A stretch of DNA of 64,000 nucleotides from Octopus bimaculoides (lineage: Eukaryota): the NCBI RefSeq assembly GCF_001194135.2, contig NC_068987.1, forward strand, positions 465 to 64,464, read 5' to 3'. Numbering within the stretch: position 1 is the stretch's first letter; every line of letters begins with the position of its first letter. Below are positions 62,057-64,000 of this stretch, piece by piece. The notes below the pieces were generated by a model. It was given only the letters and a program-made list of their open reading frames with translations, ran no database searches and was not told the origin of the DNA. The position numbers and the translations under genes were made by a program.

Positions 62057-62560
62057 GTAACAAAGTGGAGTATGGGAAATGTCTTTAACTAATCAACCCT
62101 GAAACAAAAGAAGACAATTTCGAAGAGAGAAAATAAACAGTAATTTGTAAATAATTCGATCTGAGATTTGATTGTAAAATTGTGGGAAAAGCGAGGAGTG
62201 GGAAGGTTGTCAGGGGACTTAACTCTGTCACTTTTACGGGACAATGGATTTGTGCGATTAGCAATTCGTCTGACCAGTTCGACTTTTTCAAACAGTGCAT
62301 CTAGAGGCAGATTAACCAGTGTGACCTCTCTGGTAGTTTGTGATACGAGGGAGATTTGGTTGCTATAAAATTTTCTGGTAGTTTAAGCGAATAGAAGAGA
62401 AAATTCGTTCATCTTCCCATTTGAAACCTGTTGGTGAAGTCTCTAAAAACACATACGGAAAAATAGTTTCCAGTCCTACGACTAAAACAGTAATTTAAAA
62501 TGCTACATAGTTTTGAATTAGTAAAATTCTCAGTACACATATCACTCCTTTCCGCTACAC
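62057..62560 (-). promoter_or_regulatory. Putative exon 1/promoter of ZNF gene 5
   Basis: Minus-strand donor GTAAGT (ACTTAC 62051-62056); CpG-enriched stretch upstream; 5' limit uncertain. Confidence 0.4.
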
Positions 62561-62619
62561 ATTGCCAAGAAGCAGGTTCTGGTGGCAGTCAAGTTCATAA
62601 CCCCTGATAGAATCCTTAG

Positions 62620-62800
62620 TAAGCTGGGCGAAATGCTTAGCGACATTTCGTTCGTCTCTACGTTCTGAGTTCAAATTTCGCTGGGATTGATTTTGCCTTT
62701 CATCCTTTCGAGGTCGTTAAAATAAGTACAAGTTGAGCACTAGGGTCGATGTAATCGACTTCATTCTCCCCAGAAATTGTTGATCTTGTGCTTAAATTTG
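62620..62800 (+). mobile_element. CORE/MIR-like tRNA-derived SINE
   Basis: GAGTTCAAATT (B-box-like) followed by TTTGCCTTTCATCCTTTCGAGGTCG...AAAATAAGTAC...GGGTCGATGTAATCGACT. Confidence 0.75.
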
Positions 62801-63655
62801 AAAGCAATATAGGTTTCTAGTGATTTTATTTTTCTTGCGCTGATAATGTTTGTTACAAAGATATGACTGTAATTTCATTTTTAGTTAATGCAGTTGTCCT
62901 GTTTGCTAGACCGCATGTCATTTGATAAAGTTTCTCCTACAATGCTGTTTCCGAACAAAAAGCTTGTAGGCGTACTAGTTACTTGTACGACTGTGTGACC
63001 AGATGGGTAGGTTGAGTTCATCAGTCTCAGCTGGCAACAGACCTAAGAAGAAAACTCCAATTTGAGCATAAGAAGCTTGTAAGCCTTGTCAGGTTATCTA
63101 ATTTGGAAAAGGAAAATCCTACGTGTCACGTATGTGCCAAGGACCTTGATGTTACTGCCCTAGCTTGTAAAGCCATGTTGAACTATGGGTACAAAGGATC
63201 GGGTCACTTTCGATCGTACTGCACTTCACTAAAAGTGTACAGAAATAAACATTATTTTCCCTCTTACTGTTTTGCTTCGTTTTGAAAAATAAAAATTCAT
63301 TTTATGGTTTGTTATTGCTTATATTTTGGATTACATAATGTTTATGGAGACACCGAAGTCTTTTAAGTGCTTAATCCGGCCCTGCGTGCGGGTATCTGCG
63401 TTTGTCTTCCATCACCGCTTGACAACCAGTGTTGGTGTGTTTATATTATCGTAACTTAGCGGCTCGGCAAAATAAACAGATAGAATTAGTACTAGGGTTG
63501 ATTCATTTGTCTAAAGATTCTTCAAGATGGTGCCCCAGCATAGGCCACGGTCTAATGACTGAAACATACGTTTATGAATTTGTGTTACATATAAGGATAC
63601 ATATCATAAAACAGAATAGACTTTGCGGAGCAAGTGTACACACGAGGACGAAAAG

Positions 63656-63700
63656 TGTCACTGAAGAGGTCACAGATGTGTGGCGAAAGAATTCTGGACA
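63656..63700 (+). ncRNA. Decayed Penelope-type hammerhead motif (cleavage site mutated)
   Basis: UGUCA-CUGAAGA-G-GUCACA(GAUG)UGUGGC-GAA-AGAAUUCU-G-GACA: intact core, 6-bp stem II, palindromic stem III, but G at position 17. Confidence 0.6.
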
Positions 63701-64000
63701 ATGACGTGAGTTAGAATAAGAACGGAAATAAACGAGTGAAGAACGAAAGTATAGTGCGTGTGCTTATTTACTCTTTTACTTGTTTCAGTCATTTGACTTT
63801 GGTCAGGCTGGAGCACCGCCTTGAGTCGAGCAAATCGACCCCAGGACTTATTCTTTGTAAGCCTACTACTTATTCTATCGGTATCTTTTGCCGAACCACT
63901 AAGTTACGGAGATGTAAACACACCAGCATCGGTTGTCAAGCGATCTGGGGGGGGGGGCAAACATAGACACACAAACATATACACACATACGTATGTATAT

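Overview
Eukaryotic, AT-rich, repeat-dense genomic DNA, most likely an octopus (inferred from the tandem C2H2 zinc-finger cluster and the RTE/SINE landscape; the species cannot be fixed from sequence alone). The window holds five paralogous poly-C2H2 zinc-finger genes (orientations -,-,+,+,-). Each appears to have a short non-coding first exon, a TE-filled intron and one large exon carrying a 230-380 nt leader plus 7-16 fingers, with no recognisable KRAB/SCAN/BTB/ZAD domain. Between them lie decayed RTE LINEs, two mariner elements, a Tigger/pogo fragment, a hAT MITE, two Gypsy (Mag-like) remnants, a CRE-like non-LTR fragment, many tRNA-derived SINEs, a 33-bp minisatellite and two assembly gaps. 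The most unusual signals are not in the ORF track: (i) a hammerhead ribozyme with a fully intact catalytic core just downstream of ZNF gene 4, plus two further loci with decayed Penelope-type hammerheads; (ii) several large or odd foldback elements, including a TTAA-flanked ~2.1 kb palindrome, a ~1.17 kb intronic foldback and a CpG-rich hairpin built around telomere-type (TTAGGG)n repeats next to a putative ZNF promoter; (iii) a shared GGAAGTGAAA promoter motif and repeated start-codon turnover among the ZNF paralogues. All structures were read by eye; nothing was computed or searched.
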